This document shows, piece after piece, positions 1 to 9,809 of a DNA stretch of 60,699 bases. Origin of the DNA: Candidatus Thalassarchaeum sp. Lineage in GTDB: Archaea > Thermoplasmatota > Poseidoniia > Poseidoniales > Thalassarchaeaceae. Made by a program: the position numbers and the translations under genes. Location of the stretch: positions 1 through 60,699 of the forward strand of contig JBJLJN010000020.1 in NCBI GenBank assembly GCA_045559735.1, read 5' to 3'. The notes beneath the pieces are model-generated. The model was not told the origin of the DNA, made no database searches, and worked only from the letters and a program-made list of their open reading frames with translations. The stretch's first letter is position 1. Every line of letters begins with the position of its first letter.

Positions 1-754
1 CATCGCATCCGGAACGGTCGGCCCAGTAGCCAACTGTCTCGGTGGCCGAAGGATAGGAGTCTCCGCTTATCGATCCACCATCGTACTGAATCACAGAATC
101 GGCTGTTGAGTGGACATGCAGGATATCAGGTCTGCCGGTGTCACTACAATCCGAAAAATCGTCCCATGTCACCCCATTCAGGGCTACTATGGCGCGAATC
201 GAGTTGCCTGCATCACACGCCATTCTGTGGCTCATGAAACCACCATTGGAAAGACCAGTCAGAATCACACCATCAGGATCAGCCCCGTAGTATTGCACCG
301 CCTCATCAATCAAACTCAAGAGGTAGCCAACATCATCCACATCAGTATCGAACAGGTTGCAGCACGCATCGGTCGCATTCCAGTAGCGCATCGCGATGAT
401 GTTGAAATTTCCATCCGGGGAAATCAGCAAGTGCTCGTTTTCGTGTATGCTGTCGTACAGGTGCATGTAAGCGGAGTTCTGCGTGCCCCAACCTGAGTAT
501 CCATGCAGCGAAACCACCAGTGGCAGAGGCCGACTGTAGTCGTGGCCGCCCGGCATCTCAAGTGTGGTCTGCCTGCCTGAAGGGCCAATGGTGACAGTAG
601 TATGCTCGTCAGTGTAGTTGATTTTCGAACCGGTGTCTGAGCTTGTCCAAGATACTCTTTCAGTATCTTCTGACAGCACCACAGGCTGTCCGATGGGGGC
701 TATGGATAGCAGCATGAGGCTGACCAGCAGGAACGTGTTTGCTACTCGACCCAC
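1..754 (-). CDS. Secreted PHB-depolymerase/LpqC-family esterase (alpha/beta hydrolase), 3' end beyond window
   Basis: Absent from the ORF track because it runs off the edge. Manual translation from GTG at 754 gives MGRVANTFLLVSLMLLSIAP (signal-like), PLVVSLHGY, WNATDACC, DDVGYL, GLSNGGFMSHRMAC (nucleophile elbow) and HSTADSVI. A GGGGAG SD-like motif lies upstream. Confidence 0.85.
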   Translation of the reverse strand, partial: MGRVANTFLLVSLMLLSIAPIGQPVVLSEDTERVSWTSSDTGSKINYTDEHTTVTIGPSGRQTTLEMPGGHDYSRPLPLVVSLHGYSGWGTQNSAYMHLYDSIHENEHLLISPDGNFNIIAMRYWNATDACCNLFDTDVDDVGYLLSLIDEAVQYYGADPDGVILTGLSNGGFMSHRMACDAGNSIRAIVALNGVTWDDFSDCSDTGRPDILHVHSTADSVIQYDGGSISGDSYPSATETVGYWADRSGCD

Positions 755-814
755 GGTTCTCTCCCCAAGTGAGGGCGCTAAGAAACTGCCTCAGCGTCGC
801 TACATTCGAGAGAG

Positions 815-899
815 TGGTGCAGAGGACAGGATTCGAACCTGCGAAGCACTACGCACTGGGACCTCATCCCAGCCCCTTTGACCACTCGGGTACCTCTGC
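815..899 (-). tRNA. tRNA-Leu (GAG), CCA encoded
   Basis: The reverse complement reads GCAGAGG...CCTCTGC-ACCA. Anticodon stem CTGGG/CCCAG has loop ATGAGGT; there is a long variable arm and a GTTCGAATC T-loop. Confidence 0.93.
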
Positions 900-960
900 T
901 TGGAGCAGTAGCGAGCCCCCCGGCGTATATCAGAATGGCGAAGGGGCAGAAATCTTTGCT

Positions 961-1443
961 TCAATCCTCACCCGGATTTAGGACTGAGACCCCGTCTCCG
1001 GTGCTGACCATCCCCTCATCGATGACAGAAGCCAACCATCTCGACCAACCAAACTCCTGCTCGTGGTCGATCCTCGCGAATTTACCTTCAACAAACGACT
1101 CCCCAATCTTGTAGCAAGGGACACACGGCTCACTCAATTCAAGCAACGCTCCTCCAACCTTGACATGCATACCGACTTCTAAAGAGGGCCAATCGAGACC
1201 CTCGATTGTGATGTTCTCACCCGTCGAGCCAACAGAGATTGGATGCCCCTCGACCTCGAGCTGCTCAATCCTCTCCAGCGAGAACAGGCAGACTGCTCGG
1301 CTGGAGGCACCACCTCTTCTCTCAGTTCGGAATTTGTTGTAGTCACCCTCAACCCCATCAACAACTATCTTCGCTGCACTGACTGGATGCTTCGGAACGC
1401 CTCCCTCAGCGCAGACGTTAATCGAGTGGACTACTGCACTCAT
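961..1443 (-). CDS. MOSC domain-containing protein (YiiM-like)
   Basis: Motifs GGVPK, GVEGD, RAVCL, GENIT and PCVPCYKI. Confidence 0.9.
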   Translation of the reverse strand: MSAVVHSINVCAEGGVPKHPVSAAKIVVDGVEGDYNKFRTERRGGASSRAVCLFSLERIEQLEVEGHPISVGSTGENITIEGLDWPSLEVGMHVKVGGALLELSEPCVPCYKIGESFVEGKFARIDHEQEFGWSRWLASVIDEGMVSTGDGVSVLNPGED

Positions 1444-2369
1444 TGGAATACCTCCGAGAAGTCGAATGGCACATCCAATCTATCAATCATTTCGAAATAC
1501 CGCTCACTGAGTGCTGCATCAGGGTCACTCATGACGTGCTTCCAGTACCTCCATGCTGCGATTGACAGCGTCGCATATCTGTGTAGGGCCGGGAGAGCCT
1601 TTCTTTCAGGATCTGTCAGTGGGCGGACAGATTCGTAACCTGCCAGCAGAGCGACCCAACGCTCGCGACTCGCCACCCTATCTTGCCAGCCGAAGCCGAC
1701 GAAAGCCATCACGAGGTCGAAGGCCCGTGGCCCAATCCAAGCCTCTTCAAAGTCGATGATTGCCGAAACCTCATCTTTTCCGAGCACATTATCTGGGAAC
1801 AAATCCCCGTGCAGTACTCCTTCGGGCAGATCATCAGGGATGCTTCCACGCAACTGCCCCGCCTCACTTCTGAGTCGAGCAAGGAATTCAGGCCACTGCG
1901 CCTCGGGTCCAGCAGTCTGATACATCTGTTCAAAAAGCCTCCAACCCATTCTATAATCTCGCGGAAAGCAGTCGGCGAGGGGAATCTCATGCATCTTAGC
2001 CATCGTCTCGCCAAGACTCTCGAGAGCACCCTGGTCCGAGCTGAGGTGGCCTCCTTCGACATACGGCAGCAGAGTCCAGGCCACCCCCTCCCTCACAGCG
2101 TAACGTTTCCCATCAGCGAGCTGTATTGGGACTGAGGTGGGGATGCCATGCTGCTGCACATGCAGTTGACGGTCGATGACTGCCTGGACGCCAGACAGAT
2201 CCCTTTGAGCATTCCATATCTTGAGCACCAATCGGCTGCCGTCAGACAGATTGAGGCGAGTGTTTGAGTTATCCCAACCGCCTTCCATGGGGGTGATTGA
2301 CTCCAATCCTGTTATGCCAGCGAGGGCGAGCATTGATTCGACTGCTTCATGAGACAACCGGGTCACCAT
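1440..2369 (-). CDS. APH-family phosphotransferase / type II homoserine kinase-like
   Basis: Motifs EGGWDNSN, LVLKI, HGDLFPDNVL and IIDFEEA. Start moved to the ATG at 2369. Confidence 0.8.
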   Translation of the reverse strand: MVTRLSHEAVESMLALAGITGLESITPMEGGWDNSNTRLNLSDGSRLVLKIWNAQRDLSGVQAVIDRQLHVQQHGIPTSVPIQLADGKRYAVREGVAWTLLPYVEGGHLSSDQGALESLGETMAKMHEIPLADCFPRDYRMGWRLFEQMYQTAGPEAQWPEFLARLRSEAGQLRGSIPDDLPEGVLHGDLFPDNVLGKDEVSAIIDFEEAWIGPRAFDLVMAFVGFGWQDRVASRERWVALLAGYESVRPLTDPERKALPALHRYATLSIAAWRYWKHVMSDPDAALSERYFEMIDRLDVPFDFSEVFQ

Positions 2370-2419
2370 GCTAAACGTCAGCGTGAGCACATATTGCTTC
2401 ACCGGTTGCACTCAGTGCC

Positions 2420-3469
2420 TCAAAGAATCAGATCTCTGAGGCGCATGGATACCGATGGCCACTGATGAGCATCACGCATCTCGATAATCCGTGACCTCGA
2501 GTTACTAAGTTCAGAATCATCCAGGTTGTCAAGAGATGAAGCCATCTCTCTGGCCGTCCGACCTTCCATCACAATTGCTCCCTGGACATCATCGAAGATC
2601 TCGAGAGGGGTCACAGCGATTGCTGTTCCAGCAGCCACAGCCATCCGTACCGCCCCACTCGCACTCTCTTTGGTATTCTGATACGGGAATACCACCAATT
2701 CCAATGAGGAGAGAGTGGAAATCGCGTAGTCCTGCTCGAGGAACTCGGTTTGCAGCAGAACCCGGTCACTCAGACCAAGCCTCGCAATCGCATCCTCACA
2801 CTCTTTGAGGGCTGCACCCGAATCATCCCTCTTTGAACACAGCATGACCAGATAGTCCCATTTATCCAATTTGGAGAAGGCCTGAATCAACTCAGGAAAT
2901 CCCTTGTGTGACATCATGAATCCAAATGTCCCCATCACCCTGCCTTCTGGAACAGAGAGGCCAGTCGAACCTCCAGGCGGGGGGTATACGCCGTGAGGGA
3001 TGAGCACCGCATTACCATCAACCCCGATCTCGTGAAGTCTGTTGATATCACTACTTTGGTGAACGATTACATTCCTGCATAATTGCATCCCAGGTACTGC
3101 CTTGTCTATCCGATTAGACCTGAACACGAGAGGTCTTTCCTTGGTGTTGTGCAAGATAACAGATACTTCGACCCCCGCATCGACGAGGTTGTTGATGAGG
3201 ATATTCAGATCCGAGAACAGAATTATCCCGGGATGGTGCTGGATTAGAACTGATGAAATTCCCCCCTCAAGAACGCAAGATACCAACTCGCTGAAATCCT
3301 TGCTTTTCTTGTTCCAGCATCGGTGTACGAACCCCTCGTCCTCACGAACCAAATCCTCTCCCCTCGGTGCTAGGACCAGGAAGTCCTCGCTGAAATGCGC
3401 CAATATATTCTCTGAGTGAACAGCAATTCCACACATTTCATTCCATGTGGTTATCCAACCAATCATCAA
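2420..3469 (-). CDS. Glycosyltransferase family 4
   Basis: Motifs CGIAVHS, IPHG, FGFMMSHKG and VFPYQNTKESASGA. Confidence 0.85.
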   Translation of the reverse strand: MMIGWITTWNEMCGIAVHSENILAHFSEDFLVLAPRGEDLVREDEGFVHRCWNKKSKDFSELVSCVLEGGISSVLIQHHPGIILFSDLNILINNLVDAGVEVSVILHNTKERPLVFRSNRIDKAVPGMQLCRNVIVHQSSDINRLHEIGVDGNAVLIPHGVYPPPGGSTGLSVPEGRVMGTFGFMMSHKGFPELIQAFSKLDKWDYLVMLCSKRDDSGAALKECEDAIARLGLSDRVLLQTEFLEQDYAISTLSSLELVVFPYQNTKESASGAVRMAVAAGTAIAVTPLEIFDDVQGAIVMEGRTAREMASSLDNLDDSELSNSRSRIIEMRDAHQWPSVSMRLRDLIL

Positions 3470-3475
3470 TTTCCC

Positions 3476-4411
3476 TCACTGGTATCCAAGTTTTTTGTGT
3501 GCTTCCCCAAATAAATCACAGTAGATTAGTTCCAATTCCTCATTGAAGTAACTTTTCCATTTTGTTATCTCCGGGCCAGAAATGTGACTATCTGATCTTA
3601 TTTGCTCATCTGACATCCTGGAAATATCGTGAACTTTAGCCAAATCGATTTCTCTTTGCTTAATCCCCTCTTCCAATCCTATCCAATCAAAAATCTCGGA
3701 GATAGTAGATTCGAAATCTGAAGCGAAATCCTCCAGTCTTACTGTCAAAATACCCGGCTCCTCAATCCAATTTATCATGGATTCAATAGTAATCTTTGCA
3801 TACCCCTTCATCTCAAAAATCAAACCGTCTTCCTGCCCAGACTCCAATAAATTCTGTTGGTATGATCGACCATCTAGTAAGTCAACCCACTTCTTTCGTT
3901 CGTCTTGGGGAAGATGTTGTAATGGCCAAGGAACTTTCGGGTATAGTAAGTCAGAGTATCCGGAAGGCAGATTCGTACACCATTCTTCATTACATCTCTT
4001 ATGGTATAGGAATCCAGACACTATGACATCTCTAGGATCACGGATGAATCTGACAGTCCGAAATTCACTGACTGGAAATTCACTACTCACTATTCCATGC
4101 ATTAGTTGAATTACATCTGTTTCTCTAGGTGGCAGTTCTGCGATCCCATGGATGTTCCTGATATTCCATGCCATTCTAAGCGACAAAGGCTCAAAGATTT
4201 TCCAAGTTAGTGCTGAGCCCACTTTGTGATGATTAACTAACAAGATCTTCCTCTGCAGCCCAGTTGGGGATAAATTCCGCCTTATTCTGGCGACAAACTT
4301 CCTCAATGTCCACGAACCAGGGATTCCCACATACCTTCGAGAAATTCCCTCGTAATTAGTTACGCGGGAAAAACGAAACCAATCCCAAGGCGAAAAACAG
4401 TTGAGTATCAT
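3476..4411 (-). CDS. Sulfotransferase-domain protein
   Basis: HHKVGS (5'-PSB-like loop), RDPRDVIVSGFLYH (3'-PB motif) and C-terminal KWKSYF...LGY. The region is AT-rich and the start is uncertain. Confidence 0.75.
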   Translation of the reverse strand: MILNCFSPWDWFRFSRVTNYEGISRRYVGIPGSWTLRKFVARIRRNLSPTGLQRKILLVNHHKVGSALTWKIFEPLSLRMAWNIRNIHGIAELPPRETDVIQLMHGIVSSEFPVSEFRTVRFIRDPRDVIVSGFLYHKRCNEEWCTNLPSGYSDLLYPKVPWPLQHLPQDERKKWVDLLDGRSYQQNLLESGQEDGLIFEMKGYAKITIESMINWIEEPGILTVRLEDFASDFESTISEIFDWIGLEEGIKQREIDLAKVHDISRMSDEQIRSDSHISGPEITKWKSYFNEELELIYCDLFGEAHKKLGYQ

Positions 4412-4471
4412 TATCCAAACCCAAGCCTCAATTGCGTTTAGTTGAATAATCCACAACCTTTCGATGGCTTC

Positions 4472-4798
4472 GTGATAGACCTAGCATCCCCAGTCCTCGG
4501 AGGCTTCCAAGATTCACTCGATGCAGCATTCGGGGCATCAGTGGGTTGGATTGCAGGACATCTAATCATAGTCGGATCCGTGGCGCTAGTGGTACTCGCC
4601 ATCAGGAACCGCGACCACATAGTCAACCAGTCTGGATTCTCGCGAGACACCATAGTGGATTTCTCGGCCACAACTGTGGCTACTGCGATTCTATTCGCAA
4701 TATTCGCTAACACCTTTGGGTGGCCCGGTGTGCCTGCCCTCACCCTCTCTGTTGTTTCAGCTTTGTCACTAAGGTGGCACGTGCTAATCGTCGAATGA
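4472..4798 (+). CDS. Small membrane protein, hypothetical
   Basis: About three hydrophobic segments. GTG start at 4472 chosen because TTGAAT lies 30 nt upstream. Confidence 0.7.
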   Translation: MIDLASPVLGGFQDSLDAAFGASVGWIAGHLIIVGSVALVVLAIRNRDHIVNQSGFSRDTIVDFSATTVATAILFAIFANTFGWPGVPALTLSVVSALSLRWHVLIVE

Positions 4799-5776
4799 GC
4801 GCCGCCTGCGTCGGATTACAACCACTGCGACTGCGAGTACTAGGATGACAGCGACCCCGCCGATAATCACCGGAGCTTCATCTTCATAATCGCCAAAGAT
4901 CGAGTTATTGCCTGTAAGTTCCAATGTCCCGATGCCAATACTCTTCGGCTCTACTTTAACATCGATTGCATTGGTGCTGGGGCAAGATTTCGGCACAGAT
5001 TCACCCTCCTCGAGTAATATGACACAACCTTCCCATGCCGACCCGAGGTTAGAAGGGGTAACAATCTGGAACTGACAGTTGGCGGAGGAACCACCAGCTT
5101 GAATCAAAATGTTGCAAGGCGCACTTTGATCAACGAAACCAGATGGCCAAGAAGAATCGCCACTATCAGCAATCATCCTAGGAATATATTTGATTGAAGA
5201 ATCCTCATTGCTTGTACAAGAAACTGAAGACGAAAACACAATTATCTCTCCGGCTTCGACTGCGCCTCCACCTTGACCTAAGTCAAGCTCACAACTAGTG
5301 AACTCAGCAACAACAATCGTGACCTCTACAGATTCTGGTGAGGTAATCAAAGTAACATCGATACCACTTGCCTGCGTAACTTGGGCAGTAATGTTGGCTA
5401 CATAGGACCCAGAGTCATGGGCTAAATCACCCCTAAAAGTCACCTCAAATGACTCCTCAGAATCTGCAGGAACAGTCATACTGCCCGGTGACGCGTAGGA
5501 GAAACCACCACTTTGTACAGTAATTTCAACTTCCTCAGGATGCAATGAGGGATTCTCCAAAACACAATTCGAAACAACCACTCTTGTTGCTCCGGGAGAC
5601 ACATCCATATCTGGAGGATCGTCACACGAGATGCTAATTTCAGGGAAAATTCCAGTCTGGGCTGAAACAACCGGGGTAAGGGCCAACACTGGTGCTATGA
5701 ATAGCAAGAAAGACAGCACAACAGCTGTTCTTGACACGGCCCCGGCTGATACCTCACCCGGATAGATATTCTCCAT
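4784..5776 (-). CDS. Secreted, C-terminally membrane-anchored Ig-like surface protein
   Basis: N-terminal signal-like hydrophobic stretch, acidic beta-rich Cys-paired body, and a C-terminal TM followed by RRRRR. Confidence 0.75.
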   Translation of the reverse strand: MENIYPGEVSAGAVSRTAVVLSFLLFIAPVLALTPVVSAQTGIFPEISISCDDPPDMDVSPGATRVVVSNCVLENPSLHPEEVEITVQSGGFSYASPGSMTVPADSEESFEVTFRGDLAHDSGSYVANITAQVTQASGIDVTLITSPESVEVTIVVAEFTSCELDLGQGGGAVEAGEIIVFSSSVSCTSNEDSSIKYIPRMIADSGDSSWPSGFVDQSAPCNILIQAGGSSANCQFQIVTPSNLGSAWEGCVILLEEGESVPKSCPSTNAIDVKVEPKSIGIGTLELTGNNSIFGDYEDEAPVIIGGVAVILVLAVAVVVIRRRRRSFDD

Positions 5777-5818
5777 ATGTCAATCAATATCAGCCGATTT
5801 GGTACTCAAAGCATTCAT

Positions 5819-5837
5819 GGCGACCCCTAGGGTCGCC
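5819..5837. promoter_or_regulatory. Inverted repeat GGCGACCC-cta-GGGTCGCC just upstream of the thermosome start
   Basis: Perfect 8-bp arms with a 3-nt spacer, ending 8 nt before the ATG. Function is inferred only. Confidence 0.4.
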
Positions 5838-5844
5838 CGAACCC

Positions 5845-7413
5845 ATGAGTGAGGGTGCGGGCAAACCCCCAGTGGTCATAGTCAACCCAGAGACCACAGT
5901 TACCAGCGGCACCGATGTGCAGGAGAAGCTGATTGCCGCAGCAAGGGTGTTCTCTGATCTACTCAAGCCAACCCTCGGTCCTCGTGGCCTCGATAAGATG
6001 CTGTACAAGACTGACGGTACGACCGCGATAACCAACGATGGTGCCAAGATAGTCGCGGAACTTCTAGTCAAGCATCCTGCTGCCAAGATGATGGTATCGA
6101 TGGGCAATACACAGGAGGAGGCATGTGGGGATGGGGTCACCACAACCATGCTTCTGTGCGGTGCTCTTCTCGAAGAGGCGAATAACCTGCTCCGGAAGGG
6201 ACTGCACCCACTTACACTCGTCGAGGGTTACCGACTTGGCCTTGCGGCATGCATCGAGCAGATGGATGCCGATACCCAAGGCGCTTCTGAAGAGCGCCTT
6301 ACCGCAGTTGCCGAGACCGCACTCCGAGGCAAGGGAGCGGAGGCTGCACTCGACCATTTTTCCTCAATCATCTCTCAGGCTCTGAGTGTACTGGACGAGA
6401 ACCGTGATGACGCCGGTGCCGAGCACGTTGCGATGTTCAAGACCGGCACCGGAGGGTTGAGGGATTCGAGACTGATTCGAGGCGTGGTCATCAATCGGAG
6501 AGTGCTGATGGACAGCCTGCCTAACCACGTAGAGAATGGCAAGGTGGCGGTTTTGGGAGGCGACCTGAAGATTCGCTCGATGACAAGAGATGCAGAAATC
6601 AAAATCACCAGTGCAAATCAACTCGACTCGTTCGTCGATGCAGAGAGGTCACGCAAGGATGCTATCGCTGATGCCATAATCTCAAGCGGAGCTGGAGTGG
6701 TGCTCTGTTCGGGCGAAGTCGATCGCGATATACTGCACAGACTTTCGGATTCCGAAATCATCGCTGTTGGGGAGCTAGATGAGTCGGAACTCAGGAACGC
6801 TGCAGAAGCGACGAGAGCCAGTATCATCGATTCGGTGCTTGATATCGGTGCAGATGACCTAGGGTCGTGTGGCTCTTTGGACTGGGAGAGGAGGGAAACC
6901 TCGGATCAGGTCGAGGACATCATACGAATCGATGGTTGCCCGAATCCGCGAACTATCACAATCGAAATCGGAGGAGGAGGCGACACCGCTACTGAGGAAA
7001 TCATCCGAGGACTGCACGACTCTCTCAGAGCGACCTCCCTCGCTCTGGCCGACGATGAATTGCTCCCTGGAGCTGGCTCCATCCATGCTAGGATGGCGGC
7101 AGCGGTACGTCGTGCATCTGAGGAGGAGCCCGGACGAGCCAGACTATCCATGGACGCATATGCTCGAGCCCTCGAGACTATTCCAGCCACTTTGGTCGAG
7201 AACTCGGGCGGCGACTCTCTTGACAGGCTGCTCGAGCTCCGGGCCGCGGCTTCTGGGGGCGAATTTACTGGAATCACTCCGGAAGGAACTGTAGGTCCGG
7301 CAACATCGGTCTGGCACCCCAGAGCCGTCATCGAGGAAGGACTTGAGTCGGCTACAGAGACGGCTATGAGCATGCTAAGGATCGATCAGGTAATCTCAGC
7401 TAGGGGCGACTAG
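5845..7413 (+). CDS. Thermosome (group II chaperonin) subunit, divergent paralogue
   Basis: Motifs TLGPRGLDKML, ITNDGA, HPAAKM, GDGVTT, GLHDSL and AMSMLRIDQVI. Start at ATG 5845. Confidence 0.92.
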   Translation: MSEGAGKPPVVIVNPETTVTSGTDVQEKLIAAARVFSDLLKPTLGPRGLDKMLYKTDGTTAITNDGAKIVAELLVKHPAAKMMVSMGNTQEEACGDGVTTTMLLCGALLEEANNLLRKGLHPLTLVEGYRLGLAACIEQMDADTQGASEERLTAVAETALRGKGAEAALDHFSSIISQALSVLDENRDDAGAEHVAMFKTGTGGLRDSRLIRGVVINRRVLMDSLPNHVENGKVAVLGGDLKIRSMTRDAEIKITSANQLDSFVDAERSRKDAIADAIISSGAGVVLCSGEVDRDILHRLSDSEIIAVGELDESELRNAAEATRASIIDSVLDIGADDLGSCGSLDWERRETSDQVEDIIRIDGCPNPRTITIEIGGGGDTATEEIIRGLHDSLRATSLALADDELLPGAGSIHARMAAAVRRASEEEPGRARLSMDAYARALETIPATLVENSGGDSLDRLLELRAAASGGEFTGITPEGTVGPATSVWHPRAVIEEGLESATETAMSMLRIDQVISARGD

Positions 7414-7456
7414 CCCGCGTACGAACTCTTCAAGTCCGTCGCACACACGCATCAGC

Positions 7457-9040
7457 ATGGCAGAACCCCGTGCGTTGCTCAGTGTATGGGACAAGGACGG
7501 CATCGTCGATTTGGGCAAGGCTCTCTCTGAGATGGGGTGGGAAATTCTCTCCACTGGAGGTACCGCTCGCAAGCTTAGGGAAGCCGGCCTGGATGTGACA
7601 GATGTCTCAGAGGTAACAGGACATCCCGAGGTCTTCGATGGCCGTGTCAAGACCCTCCATCCCGCAGTGCACGGAGGGATCCTGGCACGGCGCAACAATG
7701 AGGACGATATATCCATCCTATCTGAGCTCGGCTACAGCACAATCGATTTGGTCTGCATTAATTTGTATCCGTTCGAGGCTACTGCTGCGCGCGACCCACC
7801 TGTAGGAGATTCCGAACTTATCGAGATGATTGACATCGGTGGTCCGACGATGGTTCGCTCAGCCGCTAAGAACCACACCGACGTCATCGTCCTCACAGAT
7901 TCTGATCAATATTCGAGCATCCTCGACTCATTATCGCAAGCAGACGGCAACCCCTCGGGCGTGAATCAACAGACCAGACAGAACCTCGCTTTGGCAGCCT
8001 TCCAGACCACTGCAGCCTACGATGCAACCGTCTCTAATGAGTTGGAGAACCGCTTCATTCCAGACGACGTCCCCTCCCGCATTCATCTCTCAACAGGCCG
8101 GCAAACGAGTCTACGCTACGGTGAGAACCCGCACCAACCAGCAGCCTTCTATCCTGCGGCAGGTGACCCTACTGGTCTGGCCGCTGCCGTCCAACACGGC
8201 GGAAAGCCGCTTTCGTACAACAACTACCTCGACTTAGACGGGGCTCTGAAACTGATTCGCTCTCTACAAGTCACTTGCGCACACGAGCCACACGCTTGTG
8301 TCATCATCAAGCACACGAATCCATGCGGGGCGGCAATCGACCAAACCCAAGTAGGGGCTTGGGAGAATGCGCTTGCGAGCGACCCCGAGAGTGCCTTCGG
8401 TTGTGTAATCTCATTTTCTCAGACCGTTGAGAAGGCCACCGCTGAAGCCATCGGAGGGCACTTCTTCGAGTGCATGATTGCTCCTGGATACGAGTCAGAA
8501 GCACTCGAGATTCTGTCAGCCAAGAAGAACCGCAGAATGCTCACTCTAGATCCGATTGATCCACGTATTGATGAAGTCAGGCTACGCCAACTCGATGGCG
8601 GCTGGCTAGCCCAGGTGCAGGGGCCTCCGGGAATTGATTGGGGCGAGGTGAAATGCGTCACAGACAAGCAGGCAGATGATTCCGAGATTGCACTGGCTCG
8701 ATTTGGCTCATCTGTTCTGGCCGAAGTCAAATCCAACGCAATCCTGCTCGTTGATAGGACGCCTACCGGGTGTGCGACAGTGGGGGTCGGTCCAGGTCAG
8801 ACCAGCAGGGTCGAAGCTGTCAGGATAGCAGCCCGCAGAGCAGGTGATAGAGCCAAGGGTTCGATGATGGTCTCAGATGCTTTCTTCCCATTCCGGGATG
8901 GTATTGATACCGCTAACGAGATCGGAGTTACGACTGTTGTTCAGCCAGGAGGCTCAATGCGAGATCAGGAATCAATCGATGCCGCCGATGAGCATGGAAT
9001 GGCGATGATTTTCACAGGCCAGAGGCTCTTCCTCCATTGA
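7457..9040 (+). CDS. purH: Bifunctional AICAR transformylase / IMP cyclohydrolase
   Basis: Motifs ALLSVWDK, STGGT, GRVKTLHP, IDIGGP, LRYGENPHQ, KHTNPCG and SDAFFPF. Confidence 0.97.
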   Translation: MAEPRALLSVWDKDGIVDLGKALSEMGWEILSTGGTARKLREAGLDVTDVSEVTGHPEVFDGRVKTLHPAVHGGILARRNNEDDISILSELGYSTIDLVCINLYPFEATAARDPPVGDSELIEMIDIGGPTMVRSAAKNHTDVIVLTDSDQYSSILDSLSQADGNPSGVNQQTRQNLALAAFQTTAAYDATVSNELENRFIPDDVPSRIHLSTGRQTSLRYGENPHQPAAFYPAAGDPTGLAAAVQHGGKPLSYNNYLDLDGALKLIRSLQVTCAHEPHACVIIKHTNPCGAAIDQTQVGAWENALASDPESAFGCVISFSQTVEKATAEAIGGHFFECMIAPGYESEALEILSAKKNRRMLTLDPIDPRIDEVRLRQLDGGWLAQVQGPPGIDWGEVKCVTDKQADDSEIALARFGSSVLAEVKSNAILLVDRTPTGCATVGVGPGQTSRVEAVRIAARRAGDRAKGSMMVSDAFFPFRDGIDTANEIGVTTVVQPGGSMRDQESIDAADEHGMAMIFTGQRLFLH

Positions 9041-9108
9041 CCAAAATCAGCAATCATTGAATCACTCAATTTAGAATGGTTAATGTATAATTAAGCCTTG
9101 GAATTATT

Positions 9109-9792
9109 ATGCCACAGGCCGAACCCGAATTTGTACTAAATAACGTGATGAATCGATTTCAATTAAATTTCAAGAGGAACGTGGGCCCAACCTCTGATTC
9201 CATCAGAGAATGCAAGCCAAAATCCTTGGAAGAATGGGAAGAGTACTACTACGATAACGTACGGTCAAGCGACCATATTGACAGTTTGGGAGAACGCCTC
9301 TATGAGAAGATTTCAGAAGCTCTTCCGGAGGAAAAAAGATTCCATCCAGAACTCTTGGACCAGATTGATGAAGAAATGTGCATAGAGTATATGCACAATT
9401 TAGTTATTAATAGAACATGGAATGGGTATGCACGAGAAGAAGGTCTCATTTGAGGGAATACGTTGAATTCCATAGAAGGTGTAGAATTTACCGATGCCCC
9501 ATCCGAAATAGAGGGCTCCCCTTTTTGGGTTGACAAGTGGTCGCTTGTGAATGGATACCGAATCGGAATTCAGGTAAAACCGAGAAGTTATGCTTCATCC
9601 TCACTTTCAATCTATGCAGGTGCTGCTAAGTCGGGTATGAAAAGAGGCCACAAGAAATTCCAAGGTAATTTCGGTGGTAAAGTATTCACTATCGTACTGG
9701 AAAATGGAGAGGTAATAGATTCCAACAAGCGCAGGGAAATTATTGACGAAATAAGAAGGCTTCAGGAATTATCCGAAGGACCACACCAATAG
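9109..9792 (+). pseudogene. MjaI-family type II restriction endonuclease interrupted by one in-frame TGA (9451-9453)
   Basis: ORFs 9109-9453 and 9463-9792 share a frame (ATT TGA GGG AAT ACG TTG). The N-part NVG...SLEEWEEYY and C-part VD...IGIQVKP (PD-(D/E)xK-like) resemble the RE_MjaI family. It is convergent with an MTase. Confidence 0.7.
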
Positions 9793-9809
9793 TTTCTCTT
9801 ATCCAAAGG

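Noticed and set aside
110-496. Plus-strand 128-aa ORF and the many other short antisense or overlapping ORFs in the track
   Set aside because: They lie opposite or within well-supported genes (here the esterase) and lack motifs.
9451-9453. Selenocysteine recoding of the in-frame TGA
   Set aside because: Restriction endonucleases are not known selenoproteins, there is no redox motif context, and no SECIS was recognised.
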